Positions 1 through 8,235 of a stretch of DNA of 60,701 nt are shown here, piece by piece. The notes under the pieces were generated by a model that was not told where the DNA came from, did not search any database, and saw only the letters and a program-made list of their open reading frames with translations. How positions within the stretch are numbered: position 1 is the first letter of the stretch; each line of letters begins with the position of its first letter. Source of the DNA: Clostridia bacterium (GTDB lineage: Bacteria; Bacillota; Clostridia; UMGS1883); contig JBJDXJ010000015.1 of the NCBI GenBank assembly GCA_051866635.1, positions 4,737 to 65,437 of the forward strand. Reading direction: 5' to 3'. The translations under genes and the position numbers were made by a program.

Positions 1-152
1 TACTGATATTAGCAAGAGTACAAACGATATAAATAACAATACATCAAGTATTTCTACTGATATTAGCAAGAGTACAAACGATATAAATAACAATACATCA
101 AGTATTTCTGCTGATATTAGCAAGAGTACAAATGATATAAATAACAATACAA
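1..152 (+). repeat. 54-bp in-frame tandem repeat, about 2.8 copies visible (TDISKSTNDINNNTSSIS)
   Basis: 1-54 equals 55-108 exactly; the third copy from 109 has few changes; no spacers. Confidence 0.95.
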
Positions 153-1276
153 GTCAGTCTAATAATAACATTATCGAGGAGGAAGTAAGAAAGCCATATG
201 TCATGAAAAAATTAGCTTCTGCTGATTTAGACTATTTATCATTGGCAACTCTTGATGACGATAACAGTATTTATTATATTGATAAAAGCGATAAGTGTAT
301 TTACAAAATAAGTGTATCAAATGGGAAAAAATCAAAATATTTCGACCCTAATAAATTATCATACAAGAAAACAGAAGAGCAGGAAAATGATATTGTTGAG
401 GAAATTACTGAAACGGTTGAAACGGGCGAATATGAAGAAATAGAAGAGGAAATTACCGAAACAGTAATTGACGAAGAAACAGGAGAAGAAGTTGAAATTA
501 CAAAAACCGTAACTAAACAAATCCCTATCTCAAAAGAAGTAAAACGACATGAAATTAAAACTATCACAGAGGAAGTAACCATTGCTGAATATACATCATT
601 TGTTCCTGTGCAAGTATTCTACGACAATATAAACGATAAGTTGCTTTTGAATGGATATTATGAAAATCTTGTAGAGATGGGAAAATCACCCCAATGCGAA
701 AAATATCATTTTATATATGACATAACAAGTAAATCTGAAAAGGTTTACTGCATACCTGAATGGGGACCATATCGAAAGCATGTTGATTGCCCAATTACAG
801 TTGTTTTAAACAGTGACTATCTTATTCTGGACGGTACAAATCGTGGTTATAAGATGGATGCTACAGATGGTTCCACAGAGGAAATCAATATGTTATTTGA
901 CAGGACAAGCGGATTAAAATATGGAAATAATTTGTATGGATTTGGTGGTTCTATGTATGGATTGGGTGGTTATATTTATCAATATAACTTTAATGAAGAT
1001 AACTATGAGCGTATAACCAGCCATATTGATTTTGATGCTTTTGGAATAAAAGATGATTGTTATTACTTCTGGAGAAATGACGGAACAATGTTCAAAATTT
1101 CGGTGCGAAATAAAGCAACAACCTCCCTTGATATAAATACAAAATCGGAAAATGTAGATTTTGAAGATATGGGAAATATGAGAAATATAGATGAGAGATT
1201 TTTTGTAATAGATGATAATACATTTGTTTTCTATGATACAAGCATGAAAACATTTAGAATTTTGGAGGAACAGTAA
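2..1276 (+). CDS. 5'-truncated hypothetical protein: Ser/Thr/Asn repeat stalk plus probable beta-propeller-like C-terminal domain
   Basis: The frame of ORF 203..1276 is open back to position 2 through the repeats, so the ATG at 203 is internal; C-terminal YY/FVF beta-strand patterns. Confidence 0.7.
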   Translation, partial: TDISKSTNDINNNTSSISTDISKSTNDINNNTSSISADISKSTNDINNNTSQSNNNIIEEEVRKPYVMKKLASADLDYLSLATLDDDNSIYYIDKSDKCIYKISVSNGKKSKYFDPNKLSYKKTEEQENDIVEEITETVETGEYEEIEEEITETVIDEETGEEVEITKTVTKQIPISKEVKRHEIKTITEEVTIAEYTSFVPVQVFYDNINDKLLLNGYYENLVEMGKSPQCEKYHFIYDITSKSEKVYCIPEWGPYRKHVDCPITVVLNSDYLILDGTNRGYKMDATDGSTEEINMLFDRTSGLKYGNNLYGFGGSMYGLGGYIYQYNFNEDNYERITSHIDFDAFGIKDDCYYFWRNDGTMFKISVRNKATTSLDINTKSENVDFEDMGNMRNIDERFFVIDDNTFVFYDTSMKTFRILEEQ

Positions 1277-2142
1277 TGGGTGATAAAATGTTTGAATTAG
1301 ATAACATTGCCAATAAAGTAAAGGAAAAAGCAGCAGAGGTTACTGATAAAGTCAAGGAACTTGATTGTAAAGATAAGGCTGAGGAAGCAAAAGAAAAAGT
1401 TGCTGATATGGCAGATAAAGTCAAAAGTTATGACTATAAGTCAAAAGCTAAAGAGGTTTCAGAAACTGTTAAAAACTATGACTACAAGAGTGAGGCTGAA
1501 AATATTAAAAAAGGCGGCATTAAGTATTTTTGGAATAGGCACAAAAAATTATCAATAATCGCAATAGCAGTTGTACTTCTTTTTGTTGTTATACCCAATT
1601 TTATGGGCAATGGAGTAACAGAAAAAACAGGAGGATATGTTCATTTTGAAATGACAAAGAATGAATTTGTTAAAAAGTATAATAATGTTTTTTATGATTT
1701 GTCAGGTAGTGAAATGTACAATCCTTCTAAGTATCCTGTTCTTGATGAAAACTTCTGTTCAAAAAAGAATCCCGAGGCAGAGGCTGTTGAAATGTTTCCT
1801 AATGTAGTGGCAGTATATGACTATGATACAACCCTTTATACAGAATTTGGTCAGATGAAGAATGCTGCAGTAAGTGTTTATGTTGATGGAAATGATAATG
1901 TTGTATCAGTTGTTGTGTCTCGCAGTAGGATGGCATTAGGAACGGAAGAAGCAAGTGAGGCATTTGTGAAGCGTGATTGTGCGTCTGTACTTTCGGCAAT
2001 AACAGGAGAAAGCGGTTCAGCATGTGCGAAAAAAGTTGATAAATTAGCTTCTAAAGGCGATATTGAAAAAGAAGGAGACTACGAATATCTGTTTGTATCT
2101 ACAGATGCAATATGGAGCTTTGTGGTAAGAGTAGTAAACTAA
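1276..2142 (+). CDS. Hypothetical single-pass membrane protein with Lys/Glu/Asp-rich N-terminal repeats
   Basis: TAATG coupling to upstream gene; repeats VKSYDYKS/VKNYDYKS; TM segment LSIIAIAVVLLFVVI. Confidence 0.8.
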   Translation: MGDKMFELDNIANKVKEKAAEVTDKVKELDCKDKAEEAKEKVADMADKVKSYDYKSKAKEVSETVKNYDYKSEAENIKKGGIKYFWNRHKKLSIIAIAVVLLFVVIPNFMGNGVTEKTGGYVHFEMTKNEFVKKYNNVFYDLSGSEMYNPSKYPVLDENFCSKKNPEAEAVEMFPNVVAVYDYDTTLYTEFGQMKNAAVSVYVDGNDNVVSVVVSRSRMALGTEEASEAFVKRDCASVLSAITGESGSACAKKVDKLASKGDIEKEGDYEYLFVSTDAIWSFVVRVVN

Positions 2143-2154
2143 AACAACATAAAA

Positions 2155-2195
2155 CTCACCCCTGAATTGTTGGGAGTTCAGGGGGTGAGACTTTT
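2155..2195 (+). terminator. Probable intrinsic terminator
   Basis: CTCACCCCTGAA...TTCAGGGGGTGAG stem followed by ACTTTT. Confidence 0.6.
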
Positions 2196-2208
2196 GCTCA
2201 GAATTGTA

Positions 2209-2370
2209 ATGGAAGATGATTCAATAGAAGTAGACGATATGATGGAACAAAAACTTATTGAAATTGCAAATCACATAAATGCAATTATTGCTCTTGTCTG
2301 CGAATATCCGCAATGTGACGAATGTGTTGTTCAGTTGAACGAATGCAGAAAAAAGATTAGAATATTTTAG
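2209..2370 (+). CDS. Small Cys-containing hypothetical protein (start 2209 or 2239)
   Basis: ORF lies between two hairpins; weak RBS. Confidence 0.35.
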   Translation: MEDDSIEVDDMMEQKLIEIANHINAIIALVCEYPQCDECVVQLNECRKKIRIF

Positions 2371-2392
2371 ATAAAACAAATTAATAACTCCC

Positions 2393-2441
2393 AAAGAGAG
2401 GCTGATATGGGTATAAATGATACCTGTATCAGTCTTTTTTT
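2393..2441 (+). terminator. Intrinsic terminator
   Basis: GGCTGATATGGGTAT/ATACCTGTATCAGTC stem (with GU pairs) followed by a T-run. Confidence 0.7.
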
Positions 2442-2549
2442 ATGGTATTTAAGGAAAGTTTTTGCTTTTTGAGGAATTTAGGAGAATAATTAAGTTTGGG
2501 AGCCGTTATGATAGTATTGTATCAATCTAATTTTAAGGAGTTATTAATT

Positions 2550-4277
2550 ATGGAGAACAAAAAAGTTGCTGTTTATTCAAGAAAGTCAAAGTTTACAGGC
2601 AAAGGAGAAAGTATTGAAAATCAGATTGAATTATGCAAGGCATATATAAAGCAGAAAAATCCAAGTATTACAGATGAAGATATTGTTGTGTATGAGGACG
2701 AGGGCTATTCGGGAAAGAACACTAACAGACCACAATTCCAGCAGATGATGAAAGATGCAAAAGGAAAGAAGCTGAAAGGAATAGTTTGTTACAGATTAGA
2801 CCGTATAAGCAGAAGCGTAAGTGACTTTACCCAGTTAATTACAGAACTTGACGAATACGGAATGAGCTTTGACTCTATCAATGAACAGTTTGATACATCA
2901 ACATCAATGGGAAAAGCCATGATGTATATTTGCTCTATCTTTGCACAGTTGGAAAGAGAAACAATTGCTGAAAGAATAAGGGATAATATGCATGAGCTTG
3001 CCAAAACGGGCAGATGGCTTGGCGGTAATACTCCGACAGGGTATGAAAGCGAAAAGATTGTAGAGCGAATAAATATAAATGGTAAAAATATGGAGGCATT
3101 TAAACTTAAAACTATCCCCGAAGAAGCGGAAATAATAAAATTGATTTTTAGTAAATTTATTGAGTTTAACAGCCTTACAAAGACGGAGACGTTTTTCTTG
3201 CAGAACCATATAAAAACTAAGAACGGAAAAGACTTTACAAGGTTTACCATAAGAACGATACTTCAAAATCCCGTATATATGGTTGCTGATGAAGATGCAT
3301 GGAAATACTTTGAGGACTTGGAAGTTGAGATATATGCAGAAAAAGAAAAGTTTGATGGTGTACATGGCTTAATCGGTTACAATAAAACCCTGCACCGAAC
3401 AGGTAAGGCTAATATAGTAAAAAGCATTGACGAATGGATAATTGCAGTCGGTAAGCATAAGGGGATTATATCGGGGGCTGATTGGGTAAAAGCACAAAGA
3501 CTTTTGGAGCAGAATGTATCAAAGGCTTACAGAAAGCCAAGAAGTCATACGGCTTTATTGTCGGGGTTATTGGTATGCGGTCATTGTGGTGGCTTTATGC
3601 GACCGAAGGTATATAACAAAGACTTTGAGGACGGAGAAAAAAGGTTTGGCTATTTGTGCGAAACTAAGGAAAAGAGCAGAAGACATAATTGTGATATGAA
3701 AAATCCCAACGGAAATACTTTAGACAGAGCTGTTTGCGAAGAGATAAAGAAGTTGTCCGAACATGATAGTGAATTTATTATGCAGTTAGAGAATGCTAAA
3801 AAGAAGATTACTTCAAGCAGTGATGAGGTAGATATGCAGATTGAGTCTTTAGAAAAGAGTATTGCCGAAAAGCAGAAGCAAATTAGTAAACTTCTTGAAG
3901 CAATGGCAAAGGCTACAGGAGAATTTTCCAATGATTATATAAATCAGTATATGGAAGAGTTAGGCGGAGAAATTAAAAAAGCGGAACAAAGATTAAAAGA
4001 CTTGAAGAGCGTGACAAGAGAGCATGAACTGTCCGATAGTGAGTTTGATATATTGAGAGATATTTTAAAATCCTTTGCAAACACATTTGAGGCTATGAAC
4101 ATTGAACAAAAGCGAGCTGCTATAAGAACGTTTGTTAAGAAGATTGTTTGGGATGGGGAAAATGTGCACATGTATATGTATGGAAGTGACGAAAATTACC
4201 AGTTTGAGGTGGATTTTGACGGCGAAGAAAAAGGAGCCGTTACGAGGGCGTCTCAAATGAGATACTTATGCATTTAA
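2550..4277 (+). CDS. Large serine recombinase (SpoIVCA/CisA-like integrase)
   Basis: AVYSRKS catalytic motif, DEGYSGK..RP, YRLDRISR, FAQLERETIAER, zinc ribbon CGHCG...C..C, coiled coil; RBS AAGGAG upstream of ATG 2550. Confidence 0.95.
   Translation: MENKKVAVYSRKSKFTGKGESIENQIELCKAYIKQKNPSITDEDIVVYEDEGYSGKNTNRPQFQQMMKDAKGKKLKGIVCYRLDRISRSVSDFTQLITELDEYGMSFDSINEQFDTSTSMGKAMMYICSIFAQLERETIAERIRDNMHELAKTGRWLGGNTPTGYESEKIVERININGKNMEAFKLKTIPEEAEIIKLIFSKFIEFNSLTKTETFFLQNHIKTKNGKDFTRFTIRTILQNPVYMVADEDAWKYFEDLEVEIYAEKEKFDGVHGLIGYNKTLHRTGKANIVKSIDEWIIAVGKHKGIISGADWVKAQRLLEQNVSKAYRKPRSHTALLSGLLVCGHCGGFMRPKVYNKDFEDGEKRFGYLCETKEKSRRHNCDMKNPNGNTLDRAVCEEIKKLSEHDSEFIMQLENAKKKITSSSDEVDMQIESLEKSIAEKQKQISKLLEAMAKATGEFSNDYINQYMEELGGEIKKAEQRLKDLKSVTREHELSDSEFDILRDILKSFANTFEAMNIEQKRAAIRTFVKKIVWDGENVHMYMYGSDENYQFEVDFDGEEKGAVTRASQMRYLCI
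4233..4262. other. Putative attR of the sigK-interrupting element; predicted crossover dinucleotide AA at 4256-4257
   Basis: TCTCA-AA-TGAGA inverted repeat (4251-4262); AATGA at 4256-4260 is where SigK homology (N-E-I-L-M-H-L-R) begins. Confidence 0.75.
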
Positions 4278-4606
4278 GGCACGAGAAAAAGTTTAATTCC
4301 CAGGTGTCTTTATCTGAACCCATAGGCTATGACAGTGAAGGGAATGAAGTCAGCCTTATGGATATCTTAGTGGGTGACGGGGAAGATGTCTGTGAAAGAG
4401 TTGATAAAAAGAACAATGTTAAAAAACTCATAGAAAGGCTTAAAAATATAAAAGATTCAAGGGAGAGGGAAATAATACATCTTCGCTACGGCTTATGGGG
4501 CAAAAAGCCCCTGACACAAAAAGAGGTGGCAAATAAACTTAATATAAGCCGTTCTTATGTGTCAAGAATTGAAAAAAGAGCCATAGAACATCTGCGTGAA
4601 GGTTAA
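4256..4606 (+). CDS. sigK: 3' half (regions 3-4) of interrupted mother-cell sigma factor SigK
   Basis: NEILMHLR...VSLSEPIGYDSEGNEVSLMDIL...TQKEVANKLNISRSYVSRIEK; ISRSYVSRIEK is SigK-type; the N-terminal half is absent. Confidence 0.92.
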   Translation, partial: NEILMHLRHEKKFNSQVSLSEPIGYDSEGNEVSLMDILVGDGEDVCERVDKKNNVKKLIERLKNIKDSREREIIHLRYGLWGKKPLTQKEVANKLNISRSYVSRIEKRAIEHLREG

Positions 4607-4636
4607 AAAAATTTCGAGAAAAAATTAAAAAAAGTA

Positions 4637-4665
4637 TTGACAAATAAAAAGGATGGTGCTATCAT
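4637..4665 (+). promoter_or_regulatory. SigA promoter of the T-box leader
   Basis: TTGACA-17 bp-TATCAT with TG extended -10. Confidence 0.8.
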
Positions 4666-4671
4666 TCAATC

Positions 4672-4962
4672 AATGAAACCGTTGATGAGGAGTAAGTAGG
4701 TTATAATCCTTCAATCAAAGAGAGCTGCAGGCGGTGTGATTGCAGTATTGAAGCTATAATTGAATGGACCGCTGAGGGCGATCAGAAAGCGAAAGCGAGT
4801 ATGTGAGACGGAGTATGGCACTTCGTTAAAAAAAGTCTGCGTATGCATGTACGTGAAGGTATGTAAAGCATATCGTTAAGTGGGCGTTATACGCCAAGCA
4901 GGGTGGCACCGCAGGATATGTATCCTGTCCCGGCAATATTTTTATTGCGGGACAGGATTTTT
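4672..4962 (+). ncRNA. T-box riboswitch, Trp specifier
   Basis: AGAGA and GGTG stem I motifs, GAA-TGG specifier (TGG 4765-4767), T-box AAGCAGGGTGGCACCGC 4896-4912, terminator 4922-4962. Confidence 0.92.
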
Positions 4963-5003
4963 TGTTTGTCTCGCAAAATAAAAAATTGAAAGGAGACATA
5001 ACA

Positions 5004-6380
5004 ATGTCAAACGAAAAAATCCCCTACAAAATTTATCTTGAAGAAAGCGAGATGCCCAAAGAATGGTATAATGTCCGTGCAGATATGAAGAAAAAGCCTG
5101 CACCCCTTTTAAACCCGGGAACGCTTGAAAAAATGACAAAGGAAGAATTGTCCGCAGTATTTTGTGAAGAACTGGTAGATCAGGAATTGGACGATACAAC
5201 AGCTTATATTCCCATTCCTGAAGAAATCCGTAACTTTTACAAAATGTATCGTCCCTCACCATTGGTAAGGGCATATTGCTTAGAAGAAAAACTACAGACA
5301 CCTGCAAAGATTTACTACAAATTTGAAGGTAATAACACATCAGGCAGTCATAAATTGAATTCTGCAATCGCTCAGGCTTATTACGCAAAGAAGCAGGGCT
5401 TGAAGGGCGTAACAACAGAAACAGGTGCAGGTCAGTGGGGTACAGCACTTTCCATGGCTTGTGCATATTTAGGGCTTGACTGTAAGGTTTATATGGTTAA
5501 ATGTTCCTACGAACAGAAGCCCTTCAGACGTGAAGTTATGCGTACCTACGGTGCAAGCGTAACACCTTCTCCTTCTATGGAAACAAATGTTGGCAGAAAA
5601 ATTCTTGAAGAATTCCCCGGTACAACAGGTAGCTTGGGATGTGCAATAAGCGAAGCCGTAGAAGCTGCAACAACACGTGAAGGCTATCGTTACGTATTGG
5701 GAAGCGTTTTAAACCAGGTATTACTTCACCAGTCTGTAATCGGTCTTGAAACAAAGGCGGCACTTGATAAATACAATATAACTCCCGATATTATTATCGG
5801 TTGCGCCGGCGGCGGAAGTAACTTGGGCGGTTTGATTTCTCCCTTTATGGGCGAAAAGCTCAGAGGCGAAAAGGATTACAGATTTATTGCAGTTGAACCT
5901 GCAAGCTGTCCCAGCTTTACACGCGGCACTTACGCATATGACTTCTGCGATACAGGTATGGTTTGCCCATTGGCTAAGATGTACACGTTGGGAAGCAGTT
6001 TCATCCCCTCTGCAAACCATGCCGGCGGACTTAGATACCACGGTATGAGTTCAATACTGTCAGAACTTTATGACCAGGGTCTTATGGAAGCTGTAAGCGT
6101 GGAACAGACAGAAGTTTTCAAGGCGGCTGAGTATTTTGCACGTGTTGAAGGTATCCTTCCTGCACCTGAAAGCAGCCATGCAATAAAAGTAGCAATAGAT
6201 GAAGCCCTTAAGTGCAAGGAAACAGGCGAAGAAAAGACTATTGTTTTCGGTCTTACAGGCACAGGCTATTTTGATATGGTGGCTTACGAAAAATTTAACG
6301 ACGGCAAGATGTCAGACGTTATTCCTACAGATGAAGATATTGCAAAAAGTGTTGCAAAACTTCCCAAGGTTGACAAGTAA
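5004..6380 (+). CDS. trpB2: TrpB2 (TrpB-like PLP enzyme, tryptophan synthase beta type 2)
   Basis: SGSHKLN PLP-lysine motif, TETGAGQWG, GCAGGGSN, HAGGLRYHG, PAPESSHA; RBS AAGGAG. Confidence 0.93.
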   Translation: MSNEKIPYKIYLEESEMPKEWYNVRADMKKKPAPLLNPGTLEKMTKEELSAVFCEELVDQELDDTTAYIPIPEEIRNFYKMYRPSPLVRAYCLEEKLQTPAKIYYKFEGNNTSGSHKLNSAIAQAYYAKKQGLKGVTTETGAGQWGTALSMACAYLGLDCKVYMVKCSYEQKPFRREVMRTYGASVTPSPSMETNVGRKILEEFPGTTGSLGCAISEAVEAATTREGYRYVLGSVLNQVLLHQSVIGLETKAALDKYNITPDIIIGCAGGGSNLGGLISPFMGEKLRGEKDYRFIAVEPASCPSFTRGTYAYDFCDTGMVCPLAKMYTLGSSFIPSANHAGGLRYHGMSSILSELYDQGLMEAVSVEQTEVFKAAEYFARVEGILPAPESSHAIKVAIDEALKCKETGEEKTIVFGLTGTGYFDMVAYEKFNDGKMSDVIPTDEDIAKSVAKLPKVDK

Positions 6381-6402
6381 TAAATAAAAGGTTATACTAA
6401 AA

Positions 6403-6677
6403 AGGCAGACTCTTATGAGTCTGCCTGAGCGTGTCTTTTAGACACGCGACCTCAAAGGCGGGCAACGCCCTTCGGCACTTTGAGGTATGTAATTTTAGGG
6501 AACAAAGTGGCAATTTCTCGTGAAAGGGGCCTACGCCCCCTAAAATTACCACTTTCGGAGCCGAAAATGCGATTTCAGGCTCCTATTTTATTCGGGAAAC
6601 CTTCTTTCCCGAACCCTTCGCGATTGAATAAAAATAAGTTTATCGACAGTCTGAGGCAGACTCTTATGAGTCTGCCT
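6403..6677. mobile_element. Non-autonomous 227-bp structured insertion (MITE-like, 6427-6653) flanked by a 24-bp duplication of a terminator hairpin
   Basis: AGGCAGACTCTTATGAGTCTGCCT at 6403-6426 and 6654-6677; many internal hairpins. Confidence 0.7.
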
Positions 6678-6694
6678 TTTATGGAGGCGATGTT

Positions 6695-7633
6695 ATGGAA
6701 GGACTTTTAGTTATTGTTGAAAAAATCGGTTATATCGGTATAATGATACTGATTGGTTTTATATGTGAAAAAACGGGCTTTGTAAAAAATATTTCTAACA
6801 GCGTGTCCGCTATTATTAAAAATATTACTTTGCCGTGTCTGCTTCTGACATCTCTTACGAATAACGTGCTTGACGCATCAAAGGCAAAAAACGGTGCGCT
6901 GATTGTTGTAATCGCAATATGCGTTATTACTGTGCTGATGGCAATAGGCAATTTTACGGGAAAAGCCTTAAAGCTCAGCGACAAAAGGCGTGGCATACAG
7001 ATTGCAATGGGAAGTTTCGGCAACGTAGCCTTTTTGGGATACCCTTTAATTCAGGCACTTTTAGGTGACGAAGGGCTTTTGTATGCGGTTTTTTATAACC
7101 TTGCAAATGACGGGCTTCTCTGGAGCTTTGGGTTAAGCTCCATAAGCGGTGAAAAGGGAATTAAGAAACTTAAAAATATGCTTAATATATGTACAATGTC
7201 CTTTGCAGTGGGGCTTGTTATGCTACTTTTGGGGATTAAATTGCCGGGTGTTTTGAATTCTTCCCTTACTTCTGTAGGAAGTGCCACAACACCTTTGTCA
7301 ATGCTTTTTATCGGTGCTACAATGGCAAGAGCCGATGTGAAAAGTGCTTTAAAACGCCCTGCCGTATATCTTCTTACATTTACAAAGATGGTTTTTATGC
7401 CCCTTGTGCTTATTTTACTTCTTAGCCTATTGCCTACAGGTTTTATGAATATAACGGCAATGCTTGCACTTATCTTGCAGGTTGCAATGCCTTCCCAGAC
7501 TATGGTTGCCATACTTGCAAAGGAATATGATATGGATGAAAAGTATGCGGTTGAGGTTATTTTCATAACAACACTTTTCGCCATTGTGAGCTTGCCATGT
7601 ATATATCAGATTGCTAACTTATTTTTACGATAA
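6695..7633 (+). CDS. AEC (auxin efflux carrier) family transporter
   Basis: About 10 TM segments; FGNVAFLGYPL, TPLSMLFIG, AMPS motifs; RBS GGAGG. Confidence 0.88.
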   Translation: MEGLLVIVEKIGYIGIMILIGFICEKTGFVKNISNSVSAIIKNITLPCLLLTSLTNNVLDASKAKNGALIVVIAICVITVLMAIGNFTGKALKLSDKRRGIQIAMGSFGNVAFLGYPLIQALLGDEGLLYAVFYNLANDGLLWSFGLSSISGEKGIKKLKNMLNICTMSFAVGLVMLLLGIKLPGVLNSSLTSVGSATTPLSMLFIGATMARADVKSALKRPAVYLLTFTKMVFMPLVLILLLSLLPTGFMNITAMLALILQVAMPSQTMVAILAKEYDMDEKYAVEVIFITTLFAIVSLPCIYQIANLFLR

Positions 7634-7656
7634 CTAAGTTTTATGGAGGATAAAAT

Positions 7657-8097
7657 ATGAAATTACTGCTTATTAACGGACCAAATATGAATATGCTGGG
7701 AATTCGCCAGCCCGAAATTTACGGTCACGACACTTTGGAAACTATTGAAAATTTGACAGTTAGCAAGGCGAAAGAGTTAGGCTGTGAAATGGACTGTTTC
7801 CAGTCAAACCACGAAGGTGCAATTATTGACACTATTCATGGGGCATACGGAAAGTATGACGGTATTGTTATAAACCCTGCGGCATATACTCATTACAGCT
7901 ATGCAATTGCCGATGCAATCAGTGCGGTTGGCATACCTACTGTTGAAATCCATATGTCAGATATACACAACAGGGAAAGTTTCCGTGCAAATTCAGTAAC
8001 TCTTCCGTATTGCATAAGCCAGGTTGCAGGCTACGGAAAAGAAAGCTACGCAATGGGCGTTGAAAAATTAGTGGAACATATAAATAACTTAAAATAG
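7657..8097 (+). CDS. aroQ: Type II 3-dehydroquinate dehydratase
   Basis: INGPNMNMLGIRQPEIYG, FQSNHEG, INPAAYTHYS, VEIHMS. Confidence 0.96.
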   Translation: MKLLLINGPNMNMLGIRQPEIYGHDTLETIENLTVSKAKELGCEMDCFQSNHEGAIIDTIHGAYGKYDGIVINPAAYTHYSYAIADAISAVGIPTVEIHMSDIHNRESFRANSVTLPYCISQVAGYGKESYAMGVEKLVEHINNLK

Positions 8098-8235
8098 GCT
8101 GAGACCATTTGGGACAGTCCCCCTTATTGCAAATTGGGAGACAATTTGCCAAAGAAATCTTGCGAGGTTTTGTTATGCAGTCCCGAAATGGTCTTTTTGT
8201 TACATTGTGCATATAATACAAAGAGGTGTATTCAT

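Larger units (their letters stand above)
1..4260 (+). mobile_element. Right part of a sigK-intervening (skin-like) integrative element; left end lies outside the window
   Basis: AT-rich hypothetical cargo genes, then a large serine recombinase ending at a palindromic att-like site that abuts a 5'-truncated sigK. Confidence 0.85.

Noticed and set aside
1-152. Possible CRISPR array
   Set aside because: Units are head-to-tail 54-mers with no unique spacers and keep an open reading frame; no cas genes nearby
2167-2208. TTG start for ORF 2167..2370
   Set aside because: It lies inside the terminator hairpin with no RBS
4268-4606. Complete small sigma factor or sigE
   Set aside because: Region 2 is missing, homology extends 4 codons upstream to the att core, and ISRSYVSRIEK is SigK-type rather than SigE ISQSYISRLEK
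6480-6710. 76-aa ORF
   Set aside because: TTG start, runs through the hairpin-rich insert and overlaps the AEC gene; no transposase features
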